From the NCBI RefSeq assembly GCF_056712565.1, contig NZ_CM160072.1: a stretch of DNA of 64,000 bases. The stretch is one strand, 5' to 3'. The translations under genes were made by a program, and so were the position numbers. Positions 9,914-20,040 of the stretch are shown here, one piece after another. Under the pieces are notes generated by a model, which saw only the letters and a list, made by a program, of their open reading frames with translations, had not been told where the DNA came from and ran no database searches. The first letter of the stretch is position 1. Each line of letters opens with the position of its first letter.

Positions 9914-11202
9914 GCTTCCGGCTCCCGCTGTTTTTCGCGCAGCACCCGGTCATAGACCTGGGCATAAACTTCATTGAACAGCATTTCAAATCCCTGCTGT
10001 CGGCTGGAGGCCAGCTCATCGTAATAGTTGCTGTACATCTGCCATGCCCAGGCGTCGTCCATTTTCTGGCGCAGTTCATGGCTGCGGCGGTATTGCGCAA
10101 AGCGGCGCATCAGGTTGCCCGGCGAAAAGGCGTCCAGCATGACACGCAACGCTTCCACAATCGCCGCCCGGTTAGCCTCTTCATGATGCCGGATGTTGCG
10201 CAGGCTTTCGGCGATGGCCGCAGGTGCTGCGAGATGTACCGGGCTTTTACCCTCGGCGAACATGACGTTCAGCGCGGTGGCATAGTCCATATCAAGGCGC
10301 AACGGGTTGTCTTCTAGTGGACGCAGGTGTTTATCCGACAGGCTGTTCTGTTGTTGTTGCAGACTCAGCAATCCCTTAATGGCGGCCTGCAACGCCCGTC
10401 CGGCCTCTTCGAGAAACTCATCCGCATCCTGAGAATTGTGCAGCGTCAGCGGACACTCCATACCGCGCAGCAGCGGGGTTACGGCCAGGTGGTACTGCGC
10501 CATGGCAGAAAATTCATCGCCGTCCTCATGACGGGCATTGCCGGGCGGCAGATCCATAAACGGCGTGTTGATCCCGTTTGCACCTGTCAGATCGGATGCG
10601 GGGGCTACGGGCCGGGAAACGCGTGGGGCGATCGGATCATCTGCCACCATCAGGCTTTCCGTCTGGAGTGCCTGGAGCGGATCGCTGGAAAAACCGTGCG
10701 CCACCGTGGGGGCAAGCTGATGCTGGAACGGCATTCCCGGATACGCCGGTTGTCCCTCGGTGGTCAGCAGGGTGTCCGCCAGACTGTCGCGGTTCATTAC
10801 AATCGTTTCCGGGGTCGCCATCCGCTCGTCATAGGTAACAGCTGCACCGTCATGCAGAAACACTTTCAGCGCCAGTGCGCCGAGCTGGATCTCATCCCCC
10901 TGGCGCAGGCGGATGAGCGCATCGGAAGAGGCCGGGGCCAGATTAATCATCAGTCCCGGCGTCAGGCACCGCAGGCAATAGGCTCCGTCGTGCCGGATAA
11001 CGGTACAGGCACGCGCAGCAATGCTTCCCGCCCGGTCCTGTACCTGCCAGTGACATTCCGGCGTATGGCCAATATCACCGCCGTTTTCGCTGAACAGGCA
11101 TTTTGCGGCGCGTCCGCTTTCCAGTTCGTTGCCATTCATCACCTGTAAAGTCAGTGAGGCCTGGCGGGATTGCTGTTTTTCCTCAGCCATAAGTGGTTCC
11201 AT
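9910..11202 (-). CDS. tagH: T6SS FHA-domain protein TagH
   Basis: ORF-track frame 9910..11352; start chosen at ATG 11202 (MEPLMAEEKQQ...) downstream of tssG stop; the 11352 start would overlap tssG by ~145 nt. Confidence 0.7.
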   Translation of the reverse strand: MEPLMAEEKQQSRQASLTLQVMNGNELESGRAAKCLFSENGGDIGHTPECHWQVQDRAGSIAARACTVIRHDGAYCLRCLTPGLMINLAPASSDALIRLRQGDEIQLGALALKVFLHDGAAVTYDERMATPETIVMNRDSLADTLLTTEGQPAYPGMPFQHQLAPTVAHGFSSDPLQALQTESLMVADDPIAPRVSRPVAPASDLTGANGINTPFMDLPPGNARHEDGDEFSAMAQYHLAVTPLLRGMECPLTLHNSQDADEFLEEAGRALQAAIKGLLSLQQQQNSLSDKHLRPLEDNPLRLDMDYATALNVMFAEGKSPVHLAAPAAIAESLRNIRHHEEANRAAIVEALRVMLDAFSPGNLMRRFAQYRRSHELRQKMDDAWAWQMYSNYYDELASSRQQGFEMLFNEVYAQVYDRVLREKQREPEA

Positions 11203-11206
11203 AGAA

Positions 11207-12256
11207 TTATTCCCTGATTCGGATTGTGATGGCGGGCGGTACTTTCGGCTGACCAATAAAGCTGGTTCTGCCGAGGCGGGAGCTGGCCGGATCGCTAAGG
11301 CGCATCCCTTTAGCCTGCTGTGGCGCCAGGCACAGCCGTAAATCCCAGGCAAACTGGTCGCGCAGAATAAAGGAAAGGAACATGGTCAGCGGCAGGTGAT
11401 TTTCGCCATCGGGTAAAAATGAGAGATAACGCTCCCGCGACAGGCCGCCAATCTGCAACAGGAATTTTCCGCTGCGATCCGGCACCCGTGCGCCGAGGGT
11501 AAAATTAACGCCGAGTATGGAGCGTCCCGGAATATGTCCAGCCGTTTTTCCTTTCGGATTACGTACACCCAGCCGGTTCTGGTGTGCCGGATCAATGGCG
11601 ACTTTACGCAGTTGCCAGCGTTCAATGGTGACATCCGGCAAATCAAAACAGTGCGACACCAGATTACAGATAACCTCCGGCGCGCGGCCTGGTGTTGCCA
11701 GAATTCCGGCGTAGGCCAGCATTTTGCTGTGGTTAATGGCAAGCCTGTCACGCACGCTCTGATTACCCAGCCCGACCAGTGCGTACATGCGCTGTGAAAA
11801 GGTGTCAGTACCGCCGCTACGAAAGCAGATGTAGTAGCGGTATTTGCGCCAGGCATGATAGGCAAACTGTGTCCAGCGGTGGCTGAATAGATCGAGAAAT
11901 TCTTTCAGGCCGTCTTCGTTCTGTGCGGACTCCTGCGCCATCTGATCCAGATAATAGCCCGGTAGCGGCGACTGGCTGCCGGAAAAACCCAGGAACCGGG
12001 TTTGCAGTACATACTGTCCGTTCTGGCTACGGGAAAGCGCACTCAGGTCCGTACCCGGAAAACTGATACTGGCGTCAGAGCTGAAACGCACGATCTCCCG
12101 GGCAGGCTCGGTACGCAGGGAAATGTCCTGGCCCGGCGCGCCATGCCGACGGTACAGCGCCTCCATCAGCACATAGAAATTGCAGTTGCGCACATCCGCC
12201 GGTAACGGCGGTTTTGTCGCTATATCAGGGCGTGCTGGCCCATTTTCTCCTGCCAT
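11207..12256 (-). CDS. tssG: T6SS baseplate protein TssG
   Basis: 349-aa ORF; overlaps tssF 3' end by 37 nt; synteny tssE-tssF-tssG. Confidence 0.8.
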   Translation of the reverse strand: MAGENGPARPDIATKPPLPADVRNCNFYVLMEALYRRHGAPGQDISLRTEPAREIVRFSSDASISFPGTDLSALSRSQNGQYVLQTRFLGFSGSQSPLPGYYLDQMAQESAQNEDGLKEFLDLFSHRWTQFAYHAWRKYRYYICFRSGGTDTFSQRMYALVGLGNQSVRDRLAINHSKMLAYAGILATPGRAPEVICNLVSHCFDLPDVTIERWQLRKVAIDPAHQNRLGVRNPKGKTAGHIPGRSILGVNFTLGARVPDRSGKFLLQIGGLSRERYLSFLPDGENHLPLTMFLSFILRDQFAWDLRLCLAPQQAKGMRLSDPASSRLGRTSFIGQPKVPPAITIRIRE

Positions 12257-14070
12257 TCCCAGGACTCCTGACTTTCCGTGTTAATGATTTTCAGACAGTG
12301 GTACGAATTGATGCTGGCGTAGAGGGCAAAGAAGTGCGAGAGCACGGTACCCAGAAGATAAATTTCACCTTCGCAGATAAACGGATCGGGACGTATCCAC
12401 AGCGTGGTCGCCAGCCCGCGAACCGGTACGCCTTTAAACAACCTGTCAACAGGTTTGGTTTCGAGTTTTTCTATGGCATCCAGTTTCTGGCGTGACAGTC
12501 TGGCCCGCTGCGGATGGTGAGCACCTGGCAGGTCGAAGGTCCGCAGGATCTGGATCAGTGTCTCCCTGTCCAGCAGGGAGAGGTAGTTCAGGTTCATCGC
12601 GGAAATCAGCGACCAGTGCATGTCGCCGTCCGTGACTGGCCAGAGCGGCAGTGTCGGGCGCGTGACATTACGAAATGAGGCCACTGCCGGATTTTTGTTG
12701 ACGGCCACGCAGATATCACCGGTATGCAGCCGGGCAGGGATCATACGGTTGGTACAGATTAATGACGTGGTGATCACGTCATCGTTAAACCGTGAGCTGC
12801 CCGGAATGCTACCGTCTGCATGGACAAAGGCGATAGAGTGTTCAAGCCCGTGGTGAAGCAGGGACGTTTTAGTCCGGTGATGCCAGTAGACGACTTCTCG
12901 CTGGCGGCTGTACTCCATCTGGTGCTGGAAGCTTTCAAATTCGGGCCAGACACGCGCCTGGCTACCTGGGCTGATTTCAGTACCTGAAACTTTGACTTTA
13001 CTGGTGACTGTGCTGACCTGAAAAATGTCATAGGCGTCCGGATGCTTATGGCTGGCGCGCAGCGGGTATTCCGCCATCCGCCCATCCGGCCTGACGGGTT
13101 CCGCATAATGCGTAAACAGGTTAATGGCTGGCGTACAGTGCAGACGCAGCGAATCCTGGCGCAGCTTGATGTCGGCAGGTAACGGGCGGTTAAAGTGCAG
13201 GCGCAGCGTAAACGCATTGATCGGGAAATCGTCTGGTAGCGGCGCAACATCGCGCAGATGGAAAAAGAAGAAGGCTTCGGGATAGCAGAAATACTCCTGA
13301 AGCACGCGGTAGCCGCTGTGGACATTTTTCGGCCACGGCAGCAGAGCATCCCGGTTGTCAAAACCCGCCGCCTCCAGCCACAGATCCGGCAGCGGCAGGC
13401 GGTACTCTCCGGCAATCAGTTCCGCATCCATCAGGCATTCGCAAAACCACAGATAAAGCTGGTGTCGGGTATAATCGTCTTCATTACCCAGCCAGAACGT
13501 GATTTTGTTCAGGTCAAGCATGGCGGGGGAGACATTGTTATCTGCGGTAAAACTGATATCTATGATGCCTTCTTTCAGGCTGCTGGCGTTGCGGGTATCG
13601 AGAATGCGCAGTGGTTGCAGCCAGATATCGCGCGCCAGCGTGAAATGGCAGGCTACGGAAGAAACGATTTTATCATGATTGTCAGGCAGCACCTTCTGAG
13701 CAGTCAGGGAGGACTTTTCTGAGCGGCTTCTGATCAGTTCATTACGACAGACCTGAACAGGGACTTTTAACTGATCGGTTTTGGGTTCATAGGCAATAAC
13801 CGTCATGGCCGGAACCGGGCGTAAATAGTTTGCCCACAGCATACGGATCAGCCCATGGGTGAACTCGGGGAATTCGTCCTCAAGTTTCTGGCGCAGGCTA
13901 CCGGACATAAAGGCAAAGGCTTCCATCAGACGCTCCACGTCCGGATCACCCTCTTTCTCGGCCAGAAAGTGGGCCAGATGTGGTTTTTCCTGCGCCAGCA
14001 GTTTGCCTAGCTGGCGAAGATAATCCAGCTCTTCGCGGTAGTAACGTTCTTCAAAAGCCACAGAGATCAC
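12220..14070 (-). CDS. tssF: T6SS baseplate protein TssF
   Basis: ORF-track frame 12220..14079 (TTG); GTG at 14070 forms GTGA overlap with tssE stop and is preferred; ~616 aa. Confidence 0.8.
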   Translation of the reverse strand: MISVAFEERYYREELDYLRQLGKLLAQEKPHLAHFLAEKEGDPDVERLMEAFAFMSGSLRQKLEDEFPEFTHGLIRMLWANYLRPVPAMTVIAYEPKTDQLKVPVQVCRNELIRSRSEKSSLTAQKVLPDNHDKIVSSVACHFTLARDIWLQPLRILDTRNASSLKEGIIDISFTADNNVSPAMLDLNKITFWLGNEDDYTRHQLYLWFCECLMDAELIAGEYRLPLPDLWLEAAGFDNRDALLPWPKNVHSGYRVLQEYFCYPEAFFFFHLRDVAPLPDDFPINAFTLRLHFNRPLPADIKLRQDSLRLHCTPAINLFTHYAEPVRPDGRMAEYPLRASHKHPDAYDIFQVSTVTSKVKVSGTEISPGSQARVWPEFESFQHQMEYSRQREVVYWHHRTKTSLLHHGLEHSIAFVHADGSIPGSSRFNDDVITTSLICTNRMIPARLHTGDICVAVNKNPAVASFRNVTRPTLPLWPVTDGDMHWSLISAMNLNYLSLLDRETLIQILRTFDLPGAHHPQRARLSRQKLDAIEKLETKPVDRLFKGVPVRGLATTLWIRPDPFICEGEIYLLGTVLSHFFALYASINSYHCLKIINTESQESWEWQEKMGQHALI

Positions 14071-14492
14071 TCCACACAATAGCGTTGATGGTTGTCCAGC
14101 AAAATGTCAAATTCAAACACTCCCCTGGTTTCGCTGACATCGACCGTAGCCACAATATGAAAACACAGTTCCACAGGGGCGTATTCATCCGGTGCAGCAG
14201 CCGTAACAACAACATCGGTAATACGAGGTTCGTAATGTAAAATGCACTGGCTAATGGACTTACGGATTTCTCGTCTGAAATCGCTGGAGGCCAGCGATTC
14301 ATCATTTAAATCAGTAATCCCCAGCTCCGGTGAACCATAACAACTGCCGGAGCGGGTATTCAGGACCTGTCGCAGGTTACGTCTGATGGAACGTATCAGT
14401 GCTTCTTTTGGATTCTGATATGAAGGCGGATTTGCCGCCTCACGGATACGTTCAAAAAGACTGCCGGTTGGTCCTGAATCCCGTCTTAGCAT
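14067..14492 (-). CDS. tssE: T6SS baseplate protein TssE (gp25-like)
   Basis: 141-aa ORF; ATG 4 nt after tssC stop. Confidence 0.85.
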   Translation of the reverse strand: MLRRDSGPTGSLFERIREAANPPSYQNPKEALIRSIRRNLRQVLNTRSGSCYGSPELGITDLNDESLASSDFRREIRKSISQCILHYEPRITDVVVTAAAPDEYAPVELCFHIVATVDVSETRGVFEFDILLDNHQRYCVE

Positions 14493-14496
14493 CGGA

Positions 14497-15981
14497 TTAT
14501 TCCTTATCCAGTCGTCCGACCAGGCTCAGGTCGAAACTGGCACCCATGTATTTAAAATGCGGTCTGACAGAAATCGCGACCTGGTACCAGCCCGGCTCAC
14601 CATCCACATCCAGTACCTCGATCTTAGCCTGACGCAAAGGCCGGTGGCTGCGGACTTCGGCAGGCGGATTTTCCTGGTCAGCAACATACTGGCGAATCCA
14701 GGTGTTCAGCTCACGCTCCAGGTCACTACGTTCTTTCCATGAGCCAAGCTGTTCGCGCTGAATTACCTTGATGTAATGCGCTAACCTGCTGATAACAAAC
14801 AAGTATGGCAGCTGGGTGCCGAGTTTATAGTTGGTCTCCGCAGCCTTGCCTTCGGGGGTTTTGGGGAATGTTTTGGGTTTCTGCACCGAGTTGGCCGAGA
14901 AAAAGCACGCATTATCAGACCCTTTACGCATGGTCAGTGTGATAAAGCCCTCTTCCGCCAGCTCATACTCTCTCCGGTCAGTGATCAACACTTCAGTCGG
15001 AATTTTTGCCTGCATTTGCCCCATGGATTCATACAGATGCACCGGGAGGTCTTTGACTGCGCCGCCGCTGGAAGGGCCAATAATATTTGGGCACCAGCGA
15101 TACTTAGCAAAACTTTCCGCCAGGTTGGCGGCCAGTAAAAACGAGGTATTCCCCCACAGATAAGACTCATGACTCTGGCTGACATCTTCATGGTAACGGA
15201 AGGTTTTGACAGGGTTTTCATCCGGTGAGTAAGGGTGGCGCAGCAGGAACCGGGGGGCGGTCAGGCCCAGGTAACGGGAATCTTCCGATTCACGCAGGGC
15301 GCGCCAGCGGGAGTAGGCCGGGCCTTCAAAGATGGCACCCGGTTCTTTGATCCCCGGTAACTCTGTCCATGAATCCAGACCGAAAAATTCGGATGATACT
15401 GACGACAGGAACGGGCTGTGCGCCATCGCGCTGACCTGGCTGATATATTTCAGCAGCTTCATATCCGGCGTGGTGTTCTTAAAGGCAAAGTTGCCGATTA
15501 CCGCCGCCACTGGCTCACCGCCAAATTGTCCGTAACCGCTTGAATATACATGCTTGTAATACGCAGACTGCGTGATTTCAGGTGCAAATTCGAAATCATC
15601 CAGCAGTTCTTCCTGAGTGACATTCAGGAAATGGACTTTGATGTTTTCCCGTGTATCCGCGCGTTCAACCAGCAGCTTCAGCGAGCGCAGCAGGGATTCC
15701 AGTTCCTGAAACTCCGGGGCATGAATAATGGCATCCATCTGCCTGCTGGTTCGGGCATCAATATCAGCAATCATGGCGTCAACGGCCAGGATATTGATAG
15801 GTTCAGCGCTACTGTCGCCCTGTAACATGGCGGCAATAAAGGCGCTCACGCCCTGGCGGGTGATATCGTAGCTTTCTGATTTAGGCTGGACGCGGGTTTG
15901 CGCCATGATTTCATCAAGCAGAGATGGGGGCGCGGCGGTTTGAGACGCGCTGACGGGAGCAATTTCTTCCTTTACTGACAT
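14497..15981 (-). CDS. tssC: T6SS contractile sheath large subunit TssC
   Basis: 494-aa ORF; AAGGA 9 nt upstream of ATG; 22 nt after tssB stop. Confidence 0.9.
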   Translation of the reverse strand: MSVKEEIAPVSASQTAAPPSLLDEIMAQTRVQPKSESYDITRQGVSAFIAAMLQGDSSAEPINILAVDAMIADIDARTSRQMDAIIHAPEFQELESLLRSLKLLVERADTRENIKVHFLNVTQEELLDDFEFAPEITQSAYYKHVYSSGYGQFGGEPVAAVIGNFAFKNTTPDMKLLKYISQVSAMAHSPFLSSVSSEFFGLDSWTELPGIKEPGAIFEGPAYSRWRALRESEDSRYLGLTAPRFLLRHPYSPDENPVKTFRYHEDVSQSHESYLWGNTSFLLAANLAESFAKYRWCPNIIGPSSGGAVKDLPVHLYESMGQMQAKIPTEVLITDRREYELAEEGFITLTMRKGSDNACFFSANSVQKPKTFPKTPEGKAAETNYKLGTQLPYLFVISRLAHYIKVIQREQLGSWKERSDLERELNTWIRQYVADQENPPAEVRSHRPLRQAKIEVLDVDGEPGWYQVAISVRPHFKYMGASFDLSLVGRLDKE

Positions 15982-16003
15982 ACTGAATATCCTTCTGTGA
16001 AAA

Positions 16004-16507
16004 TTATTTCTGAACGGCGATACCCAGTTCCTGGATCAGCTGCTCGCGGGTGTCTTCGTTTTCCAGTAGCGCCTGAAGTTGTGCGCGGAAGGCTGGAATA
16101 TTGCCTAGTGGAGACTTAAGTGCGACTAGGGCTTCACGCAATTCGAGCAGACGTTTTATTTCTGGTACCTGGCTGGCAATATGGTCAGGAGAAAGGTCAT
16201 CCATAGATTTGACTTTCAGGTTGACGTACATTTGCTCATTGGGAGCGTCACTGAGTTCAGCCGGAACAACAAACTCCCGTTCAATGTCAGCTTCTGAAAT
16301 GACTGCGTTGAGGTTATAGCGGTTGATAGCAATGGCAGTTCGCTCATCCAACGGCGTGTTATCTGGTTTCCCTTTCAGATTGCCGGTGATCAATAAATTC
16401 AGCGGCAATTCGATATCAGCAGCCACCCCATCAACTTTTGGTGTATACCGAACGCTGATTCTTTCTTTCGGCGCGACACTGCCGCCATTGTTGTTCATTT
16501 TGCTCAT
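16004..16507 (-). CDS. tssB: T6SS contractile sheath small subunit TssB
   Basis: ORF-track frame 16004..16558; start chosen at ATG 16507 (MSKMNNNGGSVAPKERISVRY...) giving 167 aa, typical TssB length. Confidence 0.85.
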   Translation of the reverse strand: MSKMNNNGGSVAPKERISVRYTPKVDGVAADIELPLNLLITGNLKGKPDNTPLDERTAIAINRYNLNAVISEADIEREFVVPAELSDAPNEQMYVNLKVKSMDDLSPDHIASQVPEIKRLLELREALVALKSPLGNIPAFRAQLQALLENEDTREQLIQELGIAVQK

Positions 16508-16558
16508 AAAAATGTTCCCGTTCAGGCCATGAGCACAGCATTTTCGTACTGCATACAA

Positions 16559-17212
16559 ATACCGACAATACCGTTTCAGTGGCAGTTAGATAATGTAACC
16601 TTCCTTCTGTTGTGATCGGTATTCTACTCATGAAATAAAACATTAAAAGAACTATTTATATTTTTGAAAGAGATGTATCCTTCATTATTAATACATAAGA
16701 GTTAAATCAATTTGGTATTTATAGACTTAGTGAATATGATTTTACGGCTAATAAAGTTACATAATGCATTGATTTATATGTGTTTATTAAGTTGATTAAT
16801 AAGTTTTATGTATGGTTTTATAAATAAATTAATTAATTGCTAGAAATACATCATAAGAAATTCCTTTAAGGAATATCTTAATTGCGTGCCGGAACGATTG
16901 TGAAGTAAGTGTTGTAATGATTGATTTTTGAAGAAATTGTAGGTTTTTATGGGGGTAAGGATACGTTATGGATAATTCTACTGTTGATGTTGATATATTT
17001 TTAGCTTATGTAATCGTGTTCTGAAATTGACTAAAAATATATTTAAACACCATAAAAGAGTTTTTCGGTAGGTGCTAATTACGTGTGCCTGTAACTCGAA
17101 TAAAGAAAAGGGTGTGGTTCCTGATGTGAGCCGCATCACACTCTAACCTGTCGGGGATTAACGACGGGTTGTTCGTAAAACAGCAGTTGATAATTTCACA
17201 AGGAGTTCATAA
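16559..17212. promoter_or_regulatory. Divergent AT-rich control region between tssB operon (minus) and hcp (plus)
   Basis: ~650 bp non-coding, strongly AT-rich, flanked by divergent operon starts; contains near-palindrome TTCCTTTAAGGAA (~16862-16874). Confidence 0.45.
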
Positions 17213-17731
17213 ATGCCAACCCCATGTTACATTTCAATTACAGGTCAGACCCAGGGGAACATCACTGCCGGTGCTTTCACCGCAGATTCTGTCGGCAATA
17301 TCTACGTGCAGGGACACGAAGATGAAATGCTGGTGCAGGAGTTTCTGCATAACGTTACTGTTCCAACCGATCCGCAGTCTGGTCAGCCTTCCGGGCAGCG
17401 TGCTCACAAACCGTTCATTTTCACCGTGGCGCTGAACAAAGCCGTTCCGCTGCTGTACAACGCGCTGGCCTCCGGTGAAATGCTGCCGAAAGTGGAGCTG
17501 CACTGGTGGCGTACCTCTGTTGAAGGCAAGCAGGAGCACTACTTCACCACACGTCTTACTGACGCGACGATTGTGGACATGAACCTGCATATGCCGCACT
17601 GCCAGGACCCTGCACAGCGTGAGTTTACGCAATTGCTCGCAGTATCACTGGCCTACCGTAAGGTTGAGTGGGAGCACATCAAATCCGGTACTTCTGGTGC
17701 CGATGACTGGCGTGCACCGCTGGAAGCATAA
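17213..17731 (+). CDS. hcp: T6SS tube protein Hcp (TssD)
   Basis: 172-aa ORF; AAGGAG 7 nt upstream of ATG; Hcp-like sequence and size. Confidence 0.9.
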   Translation: MPTPCYISITGQTQGNITAGAFTADSVGNIYVQGHEDEMLVQEFLHNVTVPTDPQSGQPSGQRAHKPFIFTVALNKAVPLLYNALASGEMLPKVELHWWRTSVEGKQEHYFTTRLTDATIVDMNLHMPHCQDPAQREFTQLLAVSLAYRKVEWEHIKSGTSGADDWRAPLEA

Positions 17732-17742
17732 ATCTGAGTCAA

Positions 17743-17776
17743 CAACATCCTGCCTCCGTGCAGGATGTTGTTTTTG
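17743..17776 (+). terminator. Rho-independent terminator downstream of hcp
   Basis: 11-bp stem (caacatcctgc / gcaggatgttg), 6-nt loop, followed by TTTTT. Confidence 0.7.
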
Positions 17777-17951
17777 TACGTGTAAAAAATGAGTGTCAGT
17801 AAGGAGTTACGCTTTCATGAGGGAGATGGTGGATGCCGGAAACCCGGGCGGTAGCGTACCTGAAAATGTAAAGATGAGTGTAACGCTGCACTGGCACCCT
17901 TTGCTGCATGGTGGGAATCATTTGGTCCGTGAATGAATCAGGGAGGTCATT

Positions 17952-19934
17952 ATGTCCTTAAAAGGTCTTCGCTTTACGCTGGAGGTTGACGGCCAGGAGC
18001 CGGACACCTTTGCAGTGGTGAATTTCCGGTTAATCCAGAACCAGTCTTATCCGTTTGTGATGAGTGTGGATGTCGCCAGCGATTCTTTTATGCAGACGGC
18101 GGAGATGCTGCTGGAGAAGAACGCAACGCTGACTATCTGGCAGGGTGTCATCCCGCTGCGTTATGTCACCGGCGTGGTGGCGGGCTTTGGCATGCAGGAG
18201 AACAACGGCTGGCAGATGCGTTATCACCTGCGTATTGAGCCGCCGTTATGGCGGTGCGGGCTGCGGCGGAACTTCCGTATCTTCCAGCAGCAGGATATCC
18301 GGACGATATCGGCCACATTACTGAACGAGAACGGCGTCACAGAGTGGACGCCGCTGTTTTATGAGGACCATCCGGCGCGGGAGTTCTGTGTGCAGTACGG
18401 GGAGTCGGACCTGGCGTTTCTGGCGCGGCTGTGGGCGGAGGAGGGGATTTTCTTCTTTGAGCGGTTTGCGGCGGACAGTCCGGAGCAGAAGCTGACGCTG
18501 TGCGACGATGTGGCGGGGCTGTCACAGGCGGGGGAGCTTCCGTTTAACCCGGACACATCGGCAGGAGCGGAGACGGAGTGTGTCAGTATGTTCCGTTATG
18601 AGGCGCATGTCCGCCCGTCATCGGTGCAGAGCCAGGATTACACGTTTAAGGTGCCGGACTGGCCGGGGATGTATGAGCAGCAGGGTGAGAGCCTGAACGG
18701 ACAGCTTGAACAGTATGAAATATTTGATTATCCGGGAAGGTACAAGGATGAACAGCACGGCAAGGATTTCACGCTGTACCGGATGGAGAGCCTGCGCAGT
18801 GATGCGGAAAAGGCCACAGGGCAGAGTAATTCGCCGAAGCTGTGGCCGGGGACGTGGTTTACGCTGACGGGGCATCCGCAGAAGATGCTGAACCGTGAAT
18901 GGCAGGTGGTACAGAGCATTCTGTCAGGAGACCAGCCGCAGGCGCTTCACGGCAGCCAGGGGAGAGGAACCACGCTGGGAAATCAGTTAGAGGTGATACC
19001 GGCGGACCGGACGTGGCGTCCACGGCTGCAAAGCAAACCGAAGGTGGACGGGCCACAGAGCGCCATTGTCACCGGGCCTGCGGGAGAGGAAATCTTCTGT
19101 GATGAACATGGCCGGGTACGGGTGAAGTTTCACTGGGACCGTTATCACGGGATGACGGAGGAGAGTTCGTGCTGGGTGCGTGTGTCGCAGGCGTGGGCGG
19201 GGCCGGGATTTGGTAATCTGGCGATACCGCGGGTGGGCCAGGAGGTGATTGTTGATTTTCTGAACGGGGACCCGGACCAGCCGCTGGTCATGGGCCGGAC
19301 GTACCATGAGGACAACCGTTCGCCGGGGAGCCTGCCGGGGACGAAGACGCAGATGACGATACGGTCGAAGACCTATAAAGGAAGCGGCTTTAATGAACTG
19401 CGGTTTGAAGACGCCACGGGCGGTGAACAGGTCTATATCCACGCGCAGAAGAACATGGATACGGAGGTGCTGAATAATCGGACGACGGATGTGAAGGCTG
19501 ACCACACGGAGACCATTGGTAACGACCAGAAGATAACGGTGGGGTTGGGCCAGACGGTGAATGTGGGGAGCAAAAAGGAAGGTGGTCATGACCAGAAAGT
19601 GACGGTAGCGAACGATCAGCATCTCACGATAAAAAATGACCGGCACAAGGTTGTAAATAACAACCAGACAAGCAAGGTGACGGGAACTGATACCGAAGAA
19701 GTCGTCAAAAAACAGAGTATTAAAATAGGTGATAATTACGAACTGAAAGTTGAGCATGGTACAAATATCATATCTGGGGACAGTATTGAGCTAATTTGTG
19801 GGCAGGGAGAGAGCGGGACTTGTTCCATAAAACTGGAGAAAACAGGAAAGATAATAATACGGGGGACGGAGTTTCTATTTGAGGCTACCGGTCCTGTAGA
19901 TATTAAAGGAAAAGATATTCATCTGAACGGATAG
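17952..19934 (+). CDS. vgrG: T6SS spike protein VgrG (TssI)
   Basis: 660-aa ORF; GGGAGG RBS; gp27/gp5-like repeat-rich C-terminal part; follows hcp; last ~370 nt are AT-rich. Confidence 0.9.
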   Translation: MSLKGLRFTLEVDGQEPDTFAVVNFRLIQNQSYPFVMSVDVASDSFMQTAEMLLEKNATLTIWQGVIPLRYVTGVVAGFGMQENNGWQMRYHLRIEPPLWRCGLRRNFRIFQQQDIRTISATLLNENGVTEWTPLFYEDHPAREFCVQYGESDLAFLARLWAEEGIFFFERFAADSPEQKLTLCDDVAGLSQAGELPFNPDTSAGAETECVSMFRYEAHVRPSSVQSQDYTFKVPDWPGMYEQQGESLNGQLEQYEIFDYPGRYKDEQHGKDFTLYRMESLRSDAEKATGQSNSPKLWPGTWFTLTGHPQKMLNREWQVVQSILSGDQPQALHGSQGRGTTLGNQLEVIPADRTWRPRLQSKPKVDGPQSAIVTGPAGEEIFCDEHGRVRVKFHWDRYHGMTEESSCWVRVSQAWAGPGFGNLAIPRVGQEVIVDFLNGDPDQPLVMGRTYHEDNRSPGSLPGTKTQMTIRSKTYKGSGFNELRFEDATGGEQVYIHAQKNMDTEVLNNRTTDVKADHTETIGNDQKITVGLGQTVNVGSKKEGGHDQKVTVANDQHLTIKNDRHKVVNNNQTSKVTGTDTEEVVKKQSIKIGDNYELKVEHGTNIISGDSIELICGQGESGTCSIKLEKTGKIIIRGTEFLFEATGPVDIKGKDIHLNG

Positions 19935-20040
19935 TGCAGGATATAAAACATGGTGATTGTATTTGCTTTATACGCCTGTGAATCACCATTTGTGATTGTT
20001 TAAATTAATCATAGCATGACTTATTCAGGAATCAATAAGC

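Noticed and set aside
10327..11148. 273-aa plus-strand ORF
   Set aside because: Antisense to tagH; no RBS; GC-rich shadow frame.
18987..19757. 256-aa minus-strand ORF
   Set aside because: Antisense to vgrG; Arg/Pro/His-rich shadow translation.
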